Below, piece by piece: positions 24,441 to 36,144 of a stretch of 44,923 nt of DNA (position 1 is its first letter; every line of letters starts with the position of its first letter). Source of the stretch: Chiloscyllium plagiosum (lineage: Eukaryota); contig NW_025214498.1 of the NCBI RefSeq assembly GCF_004010195.1, positions 1-44,923 on the forward strand, written 5' to 3'. A program made the position numbers and the translations under genes. The notes beneath the pieces are model-generated. The model did no database searches. It was not told the DNA's origin and saw nothing but the letters and a program-made list of their open reading frames with translations.

Positions 24441-25287
24441 CCTAAAAATAAGTTTGGAAAGGTAATGATGATATTTGACAGTCGCATGACCTTGAAGGAT
24501 TCATGTGAACATTCCTTTGCGGGACGAAGACAGCACCTTCGGTTTGGTTTTGTTTGATAGTTGTTTCCTGCGTTATCTGTTTATTACACTGTATAAGAGA
24601 CAGAGAGAGTTTCATTTCAAGAGTTGGACTTTACCTCACACCAGCATGAGGAAAGGTGCCAGAAACAAACCTAACCCTCCAGATGAGCCATCAATCGAGG
24701 GGACCCCAATGTGCAGCAGGTTGTGAGACTTGTTGATTTTTCTCCTTCCTTCTCCATTTACTACTCTGACTAAGATCATTATTACTACTTAATAAGAACC
24801 AAGAGGTGACATGAGACGTTGTTGGTGGATAGGATCAAGGAAAGTCCTAAGGCTGTCTCTGGGTAATTCAGGAATAAAAGAATGACGAGAGTAAGATTAG
24901 GGCCAATCAAGGACAGCAATGGGACGTTGAGCATGGAGTCAGAGGAGATAGGGGAAGTGCTAAATGAATATTTCTCAGCAGTATTCACACCGGTAAAATG
25001 AAATGTTGTTGAGGAGAATAATGAGATATAAGCTACTAGGTATATAGGATTGTGGTTCACAAGGGCGAGGTGTTAGGAATTCTGGAAAGTGTATAAATAG
25101 GTAAATCCCTCGGGCCAGATGAGATTTATGCCCGGATTCTCTGGGAAACCAAGGAGGAGATTGCTGAGACTTTGGATTTGATCTTTATGTCGTCACTGTT
25201 TACTGGAATAGTGCCAGAAGACTGGAGCATAGCAAATGTTGCCCCCTTGTTCAAGAGAGGGAGCAGAGACAACCCTGGGAATTATAG

Positions 25288-26850
25288 AACCAAGTTCGAA
25301 ATCACAGAACACCAGGTTATAGACCAACACGTTCATTTGGAAGCACTAGCTTTCAGAGCGCTGCTCCTTCATCAGGTGGTTGTGTCGGACACAGAATTTA
25401 TAACTAAAGTTTACAGTGTGATTTAACTGAAAGTTTATCATGTAAAAGTCCTGGATTGTTTGTTAAATCTCTCATCTCTTAGAATGAGCATGTTGGTTTC
25501 TGTTCTTTCAGATGTCACTTCCACAACTTTCTTAAAGTTACATTCTCAAGTGAACTTTAACAATAGGTGACATGTATAAGGCAGTCTGTACCCCAAGTTT
25601 CAGACTGATGCTAATCTCAAGAAGGGATTTACAGAATCTTGCATGGATTGATGCAGTTTTTGAGCAAAATAAAATGTAATACCACAAGTGCAAATTCACC
25701 CCACAAACTTGTATGTGAGTTTGTGGCTGTGGCTGTGTGTGTGTGATGGGAGGTTATGTGTCTCTGTGAGAAAGTATTTGTGAGTGTGGCAGTGTTTGTG
25801 TGACCGTATGAAAGTGGGTTTATGTATGACAGAGGGTCTGCAAGAGTTTGTTTGCGTGTGTGTGTGTGTGTGTGGAGTGCAGTGGGGTCACTGAAGAGTG
25901 ACATGAACTCAAGGTTTCGTTTGAGACCATACTAATGTGTACCAATACCGAACTTATCTATCAGCCTCTGCTCAGCCACTTCTCGCTGCTGCCTGCCCTG
26001 AAGTCCGCCTTAGAGAATACTCACCCAAAGATGTGAGGGGTCGAATGTCCCGGATAGCTGAAGTATTCTCCGACTGGATGGGAACCCTCTTGTCTGTTGA
26101 TTGCTGTGTTGTGCCCATTCATCCATTGCTCTAGCCTCTGCTCAGTTTTCCCCAATGTACCATGCCTCAGGGCATCCTTGCCTGCAACGTATGAGATCGA
26201 CAACATTGGCCGAGTCACTTGAGTACCTGCCACGGACATGGTGGGAGGTGTCCCACACGTAATGGTGGTATTCATGTCCACACTCTGACACGTGTTACAG
26301 CATCTATCATGACAAGGTTACATGGTGTTGTCCTGAAAGCTGGGCAGTTCGCTGCGAATACTGATCTTTTTGAGGTTTGGCATTGTTTAAATGCAAGCAG
26401 TGGAGATGTGGGGCAGGTCCTGGCGAGGTGCTTAACCTCATTGATAATGTGTTGCAGGTCATGAAGAACATGGCATAGTTTTTTCAGCTCCTGGGAAGTA
26501 CCGGACAACGAAGGGTACCCTGTCGGTTGCAGCTTGTACCTATCTCTTGAGGAGGTCATTACAGTTTTGTACTCTGGCAGGTCGGCACAGATGGTCAATG
26601 GATTGAGCATCGTGCCCCATTCTTATGGGGGCGTCCATGAGTATTGTTAACCTCCAGCCATGTTCCTCTTCATCTGAACAGATGCTGTGTGTGCGCAGGA
26701 CTCGTCCGTAAGGGGTGGCAGTTTCACTATATTTCAGGTGGAAGCTGGGGCAGTGTAGCATCATGAGGTTATCTGTGGGTTTGCGGCAGAGTAATGTGCT
26801 GAGGTGTTCATCCTTGATGGAGATGCTTGTGTCCAAGAATGAGACAGATA
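25288..26850 (-). mobile_element. 5'-truncated Penelope-like element (RT thumb, GIY-YIG, pLTR)
   Basis: FLDTSISIKDEHLSTLLCRKPTDNLMMLH..PYGRVLRTHSICSDEE; SANVVDLIRCRQGCPEAWYIGKT (GIY-YIG); hammerhead motif in the 3' pLTR. Confidence 0.88.
25347..25375 (-). ncRNA. Minimal hammerhead ribozyme (PLE family 2), intact core
   Basis: cac-CTGATGA-A-GGAGC-AGC-GCTCT-GAAA-GCTA-gtg: helix I cac/gtg, helix II, palindromic AGCT helix III. Confidence 0.7.
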
Positions 26851-28322
26851 ATAGAGATAAAGTGTTGGAAAGGGCTATAATAGAAAGGATTTATGATCAT
26901 CTCAAAATGATAAAAACAATTAGGGATAGTCAACATGATTTTGTGAAGGGTCGGTTGTGCATCATAAATCTTACTGACTTCTTTGAAAAAGTAACCACAC
27001 AGGTGGATATGGGTAAAATGGTTGATGTGGTAACTATGGTTTTTCGTCAGGCATTTAATAAGGTTCGCCACAGTAGGCTATTGCACAAAGTACAGAGGCA
27101 TGGGATTGAAGGTGATTAAGCGGTTTGGATAAGAAATTGGCGAGCTTAAAGAGTGACAGAGGGTGGTGTCTGAAGGGTAATGTTCATCCTGGAGTTCAGG
27201 TACCACAAGGATCTGTTTTGGGTCCACTGCTGTTTGACATTTTTATAAATGACCTAGATGAGGGCATAGAAGGATAGATTAGTAAATTTGCACGTAACAC
27301 TCAGGTCAGTAGAATTGTGGATAGTAGTGAAGGATGTTGTGGGTGACAGAGTGACATGGATAAGCTGCAGAGTGGGCTGAGAGGTGGCAAATGGAGTTCA
27401 ATAGGGAAAAATCTGAAGTGATTCACTTTGGAAGGAGTAACAGGAATGCAGAATACTGGGCTAATGATAGGATTCTTGGTCGTGGAGATGAGCAGAGAGA
27501 TCTCGATACTCATGTACATAGATCCTTGAAAGTTGCCACCCAGTTTGATAAGGTTGTTAAGAAGGCGTATGTAGTATTAGCTTTTATTTGTATAGGGAAC
27601 TATGAGGTCATGCTGCAGCTGTACAACACTCTGGTGCGGCCACATTTGGAGTATTGCTTATAGTTCTGGTCACTGCATTATAGGAAGGATGTGGAAGCCT
27701 TAGAAAGTTTAAAGAGGAGAGTAACTAGGGTGTTGCCTGGTATAGATGGAAGGTCTTACCAGGAAAGGCTGAAAGACTAGAGGCTGTTTGCATTGGAGAG
27801 AAGAAGGTTGAGAGTTGACTTATTTGAGACATATAAGATAATCAAAGGGTTAGATAAGGCAGACAACGAAAGCCTTTTTCCTCGTATGGTGATGGCTACC
27901 ACGAGAGGACATACCTTTAAATTGAGGGTGACAGACATAGGACAGATGTCAGAGGTAGTTTCTTTACTCAGAGAGTAGTAAGGATACAGAACACACTGCC
28001 TGCAACAGAAATGGACTCACCAACTTTCATGTCATTCAAGTAATCATTAGATAGGCATATGGACAAAAACGGAATAGTATTTGTTAGATGGGCTTCAGAT
28101 TGGTTTAACGAGCCAGCGCAACATTGAGAGCTGAAAGGCCTGTACTACGTTGGAATGTTCGATGTTAACAAACACCCACGCTTAAGTAAATTGCTGTAGT
28201 CAAGTTTTCTCTTAACCATGTTTAACCATTTGGTACACACACTGATCCAAGACACTTTTGATTTTTACAATTACGTAAGTAGTTCAGAATCCTGTTTGGT
28301 CAGACCTTTCCTTCCACATTTT

Positions 28323-28610
28323 AGAACATAGAACATAGAACAGTACAGCACAGAACAGGCCCTTCAGCCTACGAGGTTGTGCCGACCACCGACCCTCATG
28401 TCTGCACCCTCAAATTTCTGTGACCATATGTATGTCGAGAAGTCTCTTAAATGTCCACAATCACCCTGCTTCCACAACTGCTGCTGGCAACGCATTCCAT
28501 GATCTCACAACTCTCTGTGTAAAGAACCCGCCTGTGACATCCCCTGTATATTTTCCTCCAACCAGCTTAAAACTATGACCTCTCGTGCTAGTCATTTCTG
28601 CCCTGGGAAA
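28323..28610 (-). mobile_element. CR1/HER1 LINE 3' end
   Basis: (agaacat)n tail, acagcacagaacaggcccttcagcc, and ggcaacgcattcca (WNALP). Confidence 0.85.
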
Positions 28611-28929
28611 TTATTCGACAACAAGCATGGAATTGTGGCTAGACTCGGCCTGACAAAAATGTCCTAAATTTGAATGCTTATAAATTTTGAACGTGATGAA
28701 CTTCCATAACGTTTCTTTCTGCAGAGATTCCCATCTTATCCAGTGTATCTAAATGGAGACAAGTCTAGCTGCGACCATCTGTATGTAACTATCATATCCT
28801 TTCATCCATCTTTTGTTTGATAAACATGTCCCAAGTTGTCATGTTTTTAACATTGTCGTGGGCCGCTGGAGCATCTCCAACCACCCAAAGTTGTACAGGC
28901 TAGATGGATTAACAATTAGCAATGCACGC

Positions 28930-29815
28930 AAAAGTGAGGACTGCAGATGCTGGAAATCATAGTCTAGATTAGAGTGGTGCTGGAAAAGCACAGCCAGCAG
29001 TTGAGGAGCTGGAAGATCGACGTTTCGGAATGAAGGCAGGGAACCTCCGGGGTGGAGAGGTAAATGGGAGGGCGGTTGGGCTGAGGAGAATGTAACAAAG
29101 AGTACAATAGGTGGATGGGGGTGGGGATGGAGGTGATAGGTCAGAGAGGAGTGTGGAGTCGATAGGTGGGAAGGAAGATTGGCAGGTAGAACAGGTTGGG
29201 ACTGGGGTAAGGTGGAAAGAGGGGAAATGAGGAAACTGTTGAAGTCCACATNNNNNNNNNNNNNNNNNNNNNNNNNNNNNNNNNNNNNNNNNNNNNNNNN
29301 NNNNNNNNNNNNNNNNNNNNNNNNNNNNNNNNNNNNNNNNNNNNNNNNNNNNNNNNNNNNNNNNNNNNNNNNNNNNNNNNNNNNNNNNNNNNNNNAAAAG
29401 TGAGGACTGCAGATGCTGGAAATCAGAGTCTAGATTAGAGTGGTGCTGGAAAAGCACAGCCAGCAGTTGAGGAGCTGGAAGATCGACGTTTCGGAATGAA
29501 GGCGGGGAACCTCTGGGATGGAGAGGTAAATGGGAGGGCGGTTGCCTGGGGAGAATGTAACAAAGAGTACAATAGTTGGATGGGGGTGGGGATGGAGGTG
29601 ATAGGTCATAGAGGAGTGTGGAGCCGATAGGTGGGAAGGAACATTGTCAGGTAGAGCAGGTTGGGACTGGGGTAAGGTGGAGACAGGGGAAATGAGGAAA
29701 CTGGTGAAGTCCACATTGATGCCCTGGGGTTGAAGTGTTCTGAGGTGGAAGATGAGTGTTCTTCCTCCAGGCATCGGGTGGTGTGGGAGCGGCGGTGAAA
29801 GAGACCCAGGAACTC
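28930..29815 (-). mobile_element. Two tandem PLE pLTR/GIY-YIG 3' fragments either side of a gap
   Basis: aaaagtgaggactgcagatgctggaaatc..gtggtgctggaaaagcacagc repeated at 28930 and 29396; LIFHLRTLQPQGINVDF on the minus strand. Confidence 0.8.
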
Positions 29816-30504
29816 TCAATTCCCTCTCAGCCTTCTAAACTCAAGTGTACACAATCCCAGTCGCTTCAATCTTTCAGCATAAGATAGTCCTGTCATTCCG
29901 GGAATTGACCTCGTGAACCTACGCTGCACTCCCTCAATAATCAGAATGTTTTTCCTCAAATTTGGAGACCACACAATATTCCAGTTGTGGTCTCACCGGG
30001 ATCCTGTACAGCTGCAGAAGAACCTCTTTGCTTCTATACTCAATTCCTCTTGTTATGAAGGCCAGCATGCTATTATCCTACTTCACTACCTGCTGTACCT
30101 GCATGCTTACCTTCATTGACTGATGTACAAGAACACCCAGATCTCTTTGTCCTGCCCCTTTAACTAACTTGTCTCAATTTAGGTAGTAATCTGCCTTCCT
30201 GTTCTTGCCACCGAAGTGGTAACCACACATTTATCCACATTAAACTGTATCTGCCATGCATCCATCCACTCAGCCAGCCTGTCCAGGTCACCCTGTATTC
30301 TCGTAACATCCTCCTCACGTTTCACCCTGACACCCAGCTTTGTGTCATTCGCAAATTTGCTAATATTACTTTTAATATCTCCATCTATATCATTAATGTA
30401 CATTATAAAAAGCTGCGGTCCCAGCACTGATCCCTGTGGCACAACACTGGTCACCTCCTGCCATTCCAAAAGGGAGTCGTTTATCACTACTCTTTTTTTC
30501 CTGT

Positions 30505-30734
30505 ATCTGGATTAGTGGTGCTGGAAGAGCACAGCAGTTCAGGCAGAATCCGAGGAGCAGTAAAATCCGTGTTTCGGGCAAAAGCCCTTCATCAGGAACA
30601 CCAGGTATTCCTGATGAAGGGCTTTTGCCCGAAACGTCGATTTGACTGTCCTCAGACGCTGCCTAAACTGCTGTGCTCTTCCAGCACCACTAATCCAGAA
30701 TCTGGTTTCCACCTTCTGCAGTCATTGTTTTTAC
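30505..30734 (+). mobile_element. Fold-back Penelope pLTR mini-insertion with 13-bp TSD
   Basis: Arms ~30506-30598 and ~30608-30699; TSD ctttttttcctgt (30492-30504) and ctttgtttcctgt (30735-30747); interrupts CR1 at RKQR|V. Confidence 0.9.
30611..30638 (+). ncRNA. Minimal hammerhead ribozyme (PLE family 1), intact core
   Basis: CTGATGA-A-GGGC-TTTT-GCCC-GAAA-CGTC; all core nucleotides present, palindromic ACGT helix III, GUC cleavage triplet. Confidence 0.75.
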
Positions 30735-33249
30735 CTTTGTTTCCTGTCAGCCAACCAATTTTCAATACATGTCAGTATTTTGCCCCTAATACCATGTGCC
30801 CTAATTTTACTAACTAACTTCCTATGTGGGACTTTATCAAAGGCTTTCTGAAAGTCCAGGTATACTACATCCACTGGATCTCCCTTGTCCAACTTCAGAG
30901 TTACATCCTCAAAAGATAACAGCAAATTATTCAAGCATAACTTCCCCTTCATAAATCCATGCTGATTCTGACCTATCCTCTTACTGCTATCCAGATGTGT
31001 TGTAATTTCGTCCTTTATAATTGACTCCAGTATTTTTCACACCACTGTGGTCAGACTAACTGGTCTATAATTCTCTGTTTTCTCTCTCCCTCCTTTCTTA
31101 AAAAGTGGGACAACATTAGCCAACCTCCAATCCTCATTGGACAGAGATCACCAACGCATCCACGATTTCTCGAGCCACCTCCTTCAGTACCCTGGGATGT
31201 ACACCATCTGGCCCCGGGGACTTATCAGCCTTCAGACCTAACAGTCTCTCCAACATCATTTCCTGCCTAATATAAACTCCCTTCATTTCTGGTCCTTCAG
31301 TCACTATTGAATCTGGGAGATTGCTCGTGTCTTCCTCAGTGAAGACAGATCTAATGTGCCAATTCAACTCTTCTGCCACTTCTTTGTTCCCCGTAATAAA
31401 GTCACCCGTTTCTGTCTCCAAGGGCCCAATTTTAGTCTTAACCATTTTTTTGCCTTTCACATACCTAAAAAAATCCTTTACTATCCTCCTTCATATTTTT
31501 GGCCAGTTTACCTTCGTACCTTATTTTTTCTTTGCATATTTCCTTTTTAGTTATCCTCTGTTGTTCTTTAAAAGCTTCCGAATCCTCCGATTTCCCACTC
31601 ATCTTTGCTATGTTATACATTTTCCCGTTTGTCTTTATATGGTCAATAACTTCCCTCATCAGCCACGGCCTCCGCTGCCTCCCCTTAGGATCTTTCTTCC
31701 TGTTTGAAATGAACTGATCCTGCATCTTCTGCATTATACCCAGAAATACCTGCCATTGTTGTTCCACTGCCATCCCTGCCAGGATATTGTACCCATTGAA
31801 CTTTGGCCAGCTCCTCCCTCATAGCTCCATAGATCCCCTTATTCAACTGAAATATTGTCACTTCCGATTGTACCTTTCCCCTTTCAAACTGCAGATTAAA
31901 GCTTATTGTATTATGGTCACTACCTCCTAATGGCTCATTTATTTTGAGGTGCCTGATCAAATCCGGTTTGTTGCACAACACCAGATCCAGAATTGCTTTC
32001 TCCCTGGTCGGCTCCAGCACAAGAAACCATCTCGGAGGCACTCCACAAATTCCTTTCTTTGGGTCCAGTACCATCCTGGTTCTCCCAGTCTACCTGCATC
32101 TCGAAATCCCCCGTAACAACTGTAGTAATATCTTTGCGACAGGCCAATTTCAGCTCCTTATTCAACTTACACACTACATCCAGGCTACTGTTTGGGGGCC
32201 TGTAGATAACTCCTATTAGGGTCTTTCTACCCTTAGAATTTCTCAGCTCTATCCATACTGACTCTACATCCTCTGATTCAAAGTCCCCCCGTGCAAGGGA
32301 CTGAATATCATTCCTTACCAACAGGGCCACCCCACCCCCTCTGTCAGTCAGTCTGTCCTTATGATAGCACGGAAAGCCTTGCATATTCATTCCCAGGCCC
32401 TGTCCACTTTAAGCTGCGTCTCAGTTATCCACACAACATCGCAACTGCCAATTTCCAAATGAGCCTCAANNNNNNNNNNNNNNNNNNNNNNNNNNNNNNN
32501 NNNNNNNNNNNNNNNNNNNNNNNNNNNNNNNNNNNNNNNNNNNNNNNNNNNNNNNNNNNNNNNNNNNNNNNNNNNNNNNNNNNNNNNNNNNNNNNNNNNN
32601 NNNNNNNNNNNNNNNNNNNNNNNNNNNNNNNNNNNNNNNNNNNNNNNNNNNNNNNNNNNNNNNNNNNNNNNNNNNNNNNNNNNNNNNNNNNNNNNNNNNN
32701 NNNNNNNNNNNNNNNNNNNNNNNNNNNNNNNNNNNNNNNNNNNNNNNNNNNNNNNNNNNNNNNNNNNNNNNNNNNNNNNNNNNNNNNNNNNNNNNNNNNN
32801 NNNNNNNNNNNNNNNNNNNNNNNNNNNNNNNNNNNNNNNNNNNNNNNNNNNNNNNNNNNNNNNNNNNNNNNNNNNNNNNNNNNNNNNNNNNNNNNNNNNN
32901 NNNNNNNNNNNNNNNNNNNNNNNNNNNNNNNNNNNNNNNNNNNNNNNNNNNNNNNNNNNNNNNNNNNNNNNNNNNNNNNNNNNNNNNNNNNNNNNNNNNN
33001 NNNNNNNNNNNNNNNNNNNNNNNNNNNNNNNNNNNNNNNNNNNNNNNNNNNNNNNNNNNNNNNNNNNNNNNNNNNNNNNNNNNNNNNNNNNNNNNNNNNN
33101 NNNNNNNNNNNNNNNNNNNNNNNNNNNNNNNNNNNNNNNNNNNNNNNNNNNNNNNNNNNNNNNNNNNNNNNNNNNNNNNNNNNNNNNNNNNNNNNNNNNN
33201 NNNNNNNNNNNNNNNNNNNNNNNNNNNNNNNNNNNNNNNNNNNNNNNNN

Positions 33250-33595
33250 CTCCGAAGTCCCACTGTAGAATATATTTTCAAGTGCCTCCAAACATTTCTA
33301 GTTGTCACAGCGTAAGATGACTTGCTGAAATCTGCCTGGGGATAACTACGGGAGGCCAAAATGCTACATCATCGCTGTCCTTCTGGTTGAAGATTGCTCC
33401 CAAATGCTTCAGCTTTATCTTTTCCATGAAGGTTTTGAACTCTTCCATCGTTGTGGGCGGGGATATTAGTGGAGCTACCTATTTTGCTGAGATGTTTAAT
33501 TGTCCACCACCACTCACGATTGGATGTGGTAGGACTGCGCACATTAGATGTTATCCATTGGCTGTGGTTCACTTGGTTTTGTATCCTTGCGCTCT
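33250..33595 (-). mobile_element. Fragment of the 15780-18457 LINE family
   Basis: SPTTSNREWWWTIKHL..STNIPAHNDG..KDKAEAF. Confidence 0.75.
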
Positions 33596-33697
33596 TTATG
33601 TTCATTCAAAACACAGATTAGTTTCTAGTATTTCAGCGAAAGTGGATAAGGTCCCATTTCCCTCCATAATGTTCTATTCTGCCATATTTACAAACAG

Positions 33698-33918
33698 CGA
33701 GTTTTGAGAAGATTTGTAGCTCAGGTTGAGTTTCTGGATGTACGTTTGCTCGCTTAGCTGCAAGGTTCATTTCCAGACATTTCGTCACCATCCTAGGTAA
33801 CATCTTCCGTGTGCCCCGGTCAAAGCTTCACCTGAGTCCTACTGAAGGTGATACCCAGTAGGGTGACGAAACGTTTGGAAATGAAACTTTCAGTTCAACG
33901 AGCTAACCTGCATCCATA
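33698..33918. mobile_element. Fold-back pLTR remnant of PLE family 3 with two decayed hammerhead cores
   Basis: ggttcatttccagacatttcgtcacc is inverted to ggtgacgaaacgtttggaaatgaaac; homologous to the ends of 38010-38660. Confidence 0.75.
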
Positions 33919-34649
33919 CTCAGAAACACTCCAGCAGTTCAATAATTTCACGAACTGTCAACGTTCCTCCAGCCAGAACAATTATTGAGAATTCTATCAT
34001 CAACACAAATGGCAGTCACCTTCAAAGTAAGTGTTAATCCTTTCGTCAGAACAGTCTTGTTATTCCTGCAATGCCCAACAATCTTTACAAGACCACTCAG
34101 CTCTAACAGTACTTTCAGCACCTACAAAATTCCCTTCCATTTCATGGTAAGTTATTGGTAAAATCGGCATCATCAGAGAGGATCATAGGGCTGCCCACAT
34201 TAGACGGAGATAATTCAGGGTGATTTAATGTGAGGGTGACCATGTTACAGGTGAGGAAGAAATCTGAGATGGGAAGATTTTTATGGTAAACTCAGCCGAT
34301 GTGAGAATTGACACTGTCATCCCAAGTTACTGTATCCGTTCCCTGAGAACAACATCACACAGATAACTTTCAGTTTGGTGACAGAGTGAATTGAAAGTAT
34401 CTTTCCAAAAGTGTACTTTATTTGTATTTCGCACCGAGTATCTGATAGTAATATGCTATTGTGCTATTGTAGTTGGACATTTCATCTGACTGAAGGTATG
34501 ATATCTAAACACACGAACAACTCACAAGCTTGTTAACTGAAAGATTCATCGAGACTATGTTGTCTTTTATGGGTATGTTATAGTTCCAGCATATAAATGC
34601 AGGAAATCAGTGCGAGTTAAACGTGAATGCATCTTGAAAACAGAAATCT

Positions 34650-34855
34650 CATGCTTTCAAGGTGAGAGGTGGAAAGTTTAAGGGGGATACACGTGGCAAG
34701 TACTTCACAGAGAGGGTGGTGGGTGTTTGGAACGCATTGCCAGCAGAGGTGGTCGAGGCTGGCACAGTAGATTCATTTAAGATGCGTCTGGACAGATGCA
34801 GGTGTTGGTGGGGAGCAGAGGGATGCATATGTTTAGGAATTGGGTGACAGGTGTC
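34650..34855 (+). mobile_element. CR1/HER1 LINE 3' fragment
   Basis: RGGKFKGDTRGKYFTERVVGVWNALPAEVVEAGTVDSFKMRLDR. Confidence 0.85.
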
Positions 34856-34861
34856 TGCGTG

Positions 34862-35356
34862 GGAGGGCGGCACGGTGGCACAGTGGTTCGCACTGCTGCC
34901 TCACAGCGCCTGAGACCCGGGTTCAATTCCTGACTCAGGCGACTAACTGTGTGGAGTTTGCACGTTCTCCCCGTGTCTGCGTGGGTTTCCTCCGGGTGCT
35001 CCGGTTTCCTCCCACAGTCCAAAGATGTGCANNNNNNNNNNNNNNNNNNNNNNNNNNNNNNNNNNNNNNNNNNNNNNNNNNNNNNNNNNNNNNNNNNNNC
35101 AGGCGACTGACTGTGTGGAGTTTGCACGTTCTCCCCGTGTCTGCGTGGGTTTCCTCCGGGTGCTCCGGTTTCCTCCCATAGTCCAAAGATGTGCAGGGTC
35201 AGGTGAATTGGCCATGCTAAATTGCCCGTAGTGTTTGGTAAGGGGTAAATGTAGGGGTATGGGTGGGTTTCGCTTCGGCGGGTCGGTGTGGACTTGTTGG
35301 GCCGAAGGGACTGTTTCCACACTGTAATGTAATGTAATGTAATCTAATCTAATCTA
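34862..35356 (+). mobile_element. HE1-type V-SINE with (TAATG/TAATC)n tail, spanning a gap
   Basis: tRNA-like head ggcggcacggtggcacagtggtt..gggttcaattcc, V-domain tgtggagtttgcacgttctccccgtgtctgcgtgggtttcctccggg, LINE-derived tail. Confidence 0.92.
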
Positions 35357-35778
35357 AAGAGGAATTAATGAGCTGTAATCGCGGAGAAGGGACTGACACA
35401 TTTGCTTTCCTGAACTGCGGGACTGGATAAGGACTATCAGCCTGTGTTTGCCTCCAGTTGGTCCAGTACCTGAGTCCCCATCGAGTACAACACTCCAGCG
35501 CCACCTTTGCTGAGATGGAGACGTTGGTTAAGCAGATACCCCAGCTGATGGTCGTTTTCCCTGTGATATTGGTCCGCTCAGCTCTTGGTAAGGTCCTCAC
35601 GGCCATCACTGACAATTTAACACATGGGAGGAATCTGATTTGTTTCAGCTCTCCTTCTGCCAGTCTTAACTTTGCAATCCCAGAGATGACGAAATCATTG
35701 GCCTGTCTATATTTCAATCTTGTTTAAAGAGTTATGCAAATAATTTAGAGCTTCTCCTAAGATGACAGTCACAACACG

Positions 35779-36112
35779 GTGGGCACGGTGGCACAGTGGA
35801 CAAGGTTGGTGGCACGGTGGCTCAGTGGTTAGCACTGCTGCCTCATCAGCGCCAGAGACCTGGGTTCAATTCCCGAATCAGGCAACTGTCTGTGTGGAGT
35901 TTGCACATTCTTCCCGTATCTGCGTGGGTTTCCTCCGGGTGCTTCAGTTTCCTCCCATAGTCCAAAGATGTGCAGGTCAGGTCAAATGGCCAAGCTAAAT
36001 TGCCCGTAGTGTTAGGTGTATGGGAATGGGTCGGGGCGGGTGGCTCTTCGGAGGGTCGGTGTGGACGTGTTGGGCCGAAGAGCCTGTTTCCACACTGTAA
36101 GTAATCTAATCT
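35779..36112 (+). mobile_element. HE1-type V-SINE with partly duplicated head
   Basis: ggcacggtggc occurs twice, then B-box gggttcaattccc, V-domain and taatctaatct tail. Confidence 0.92.
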
Positions 36113-36144
36113 ATAACAATCCACAGATACCTCATCATTCACCA

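Larger units (their letters stand above)
24790..28165 (+). mobile_element. CR1/HER1-type LINE split by a PLE insertion
   Basis: LFTGIVPEDWSIANVAPLFKRGSRDNPGNYR breaks at ~25287 and resumes KVLERAI..DSQHDFVKGRLC..QAFNKVRH, VPQGSVLGPLLF, LYNTLVRPHLEYC and the 3' tail. Confidence 0.9.
29815..32469 (-). mobile_element. CR1 LINE, long ORF2 remnant (APE + RT)
   Basis: DRLTDRGGGVALLVR..ESVWIEL..IGVIYRPPN..GDF; PLGGSDHN; KSPGPDGVHPRVLKE; VYLDFQKAFDKVPH; VPQGSVLGPQLFIMYIND..KFANDTKL. Confidence 0.95.

Noticed and set aside
34862..34935. tRNA gene (A- and B-box present; also at ~35808-35880)
   Set aside because: These are tRNA-derived SINE heads followed by V-domain and LINE-like tail
34936..35195. 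Apparent tandem repeat of the HE1 SINE core either side of gap 35032-35099
   Set aside because: The same ~95 bp flank both sides of a short gap with only two differences; most likely an unmerged contig overlap or allelic pair
35349..35727. 122-aa and 89-aa overlapping ORFs between two SINEs
   Set aside because: No recognisable domain; may be an old repeat but cannot be assigned without a search
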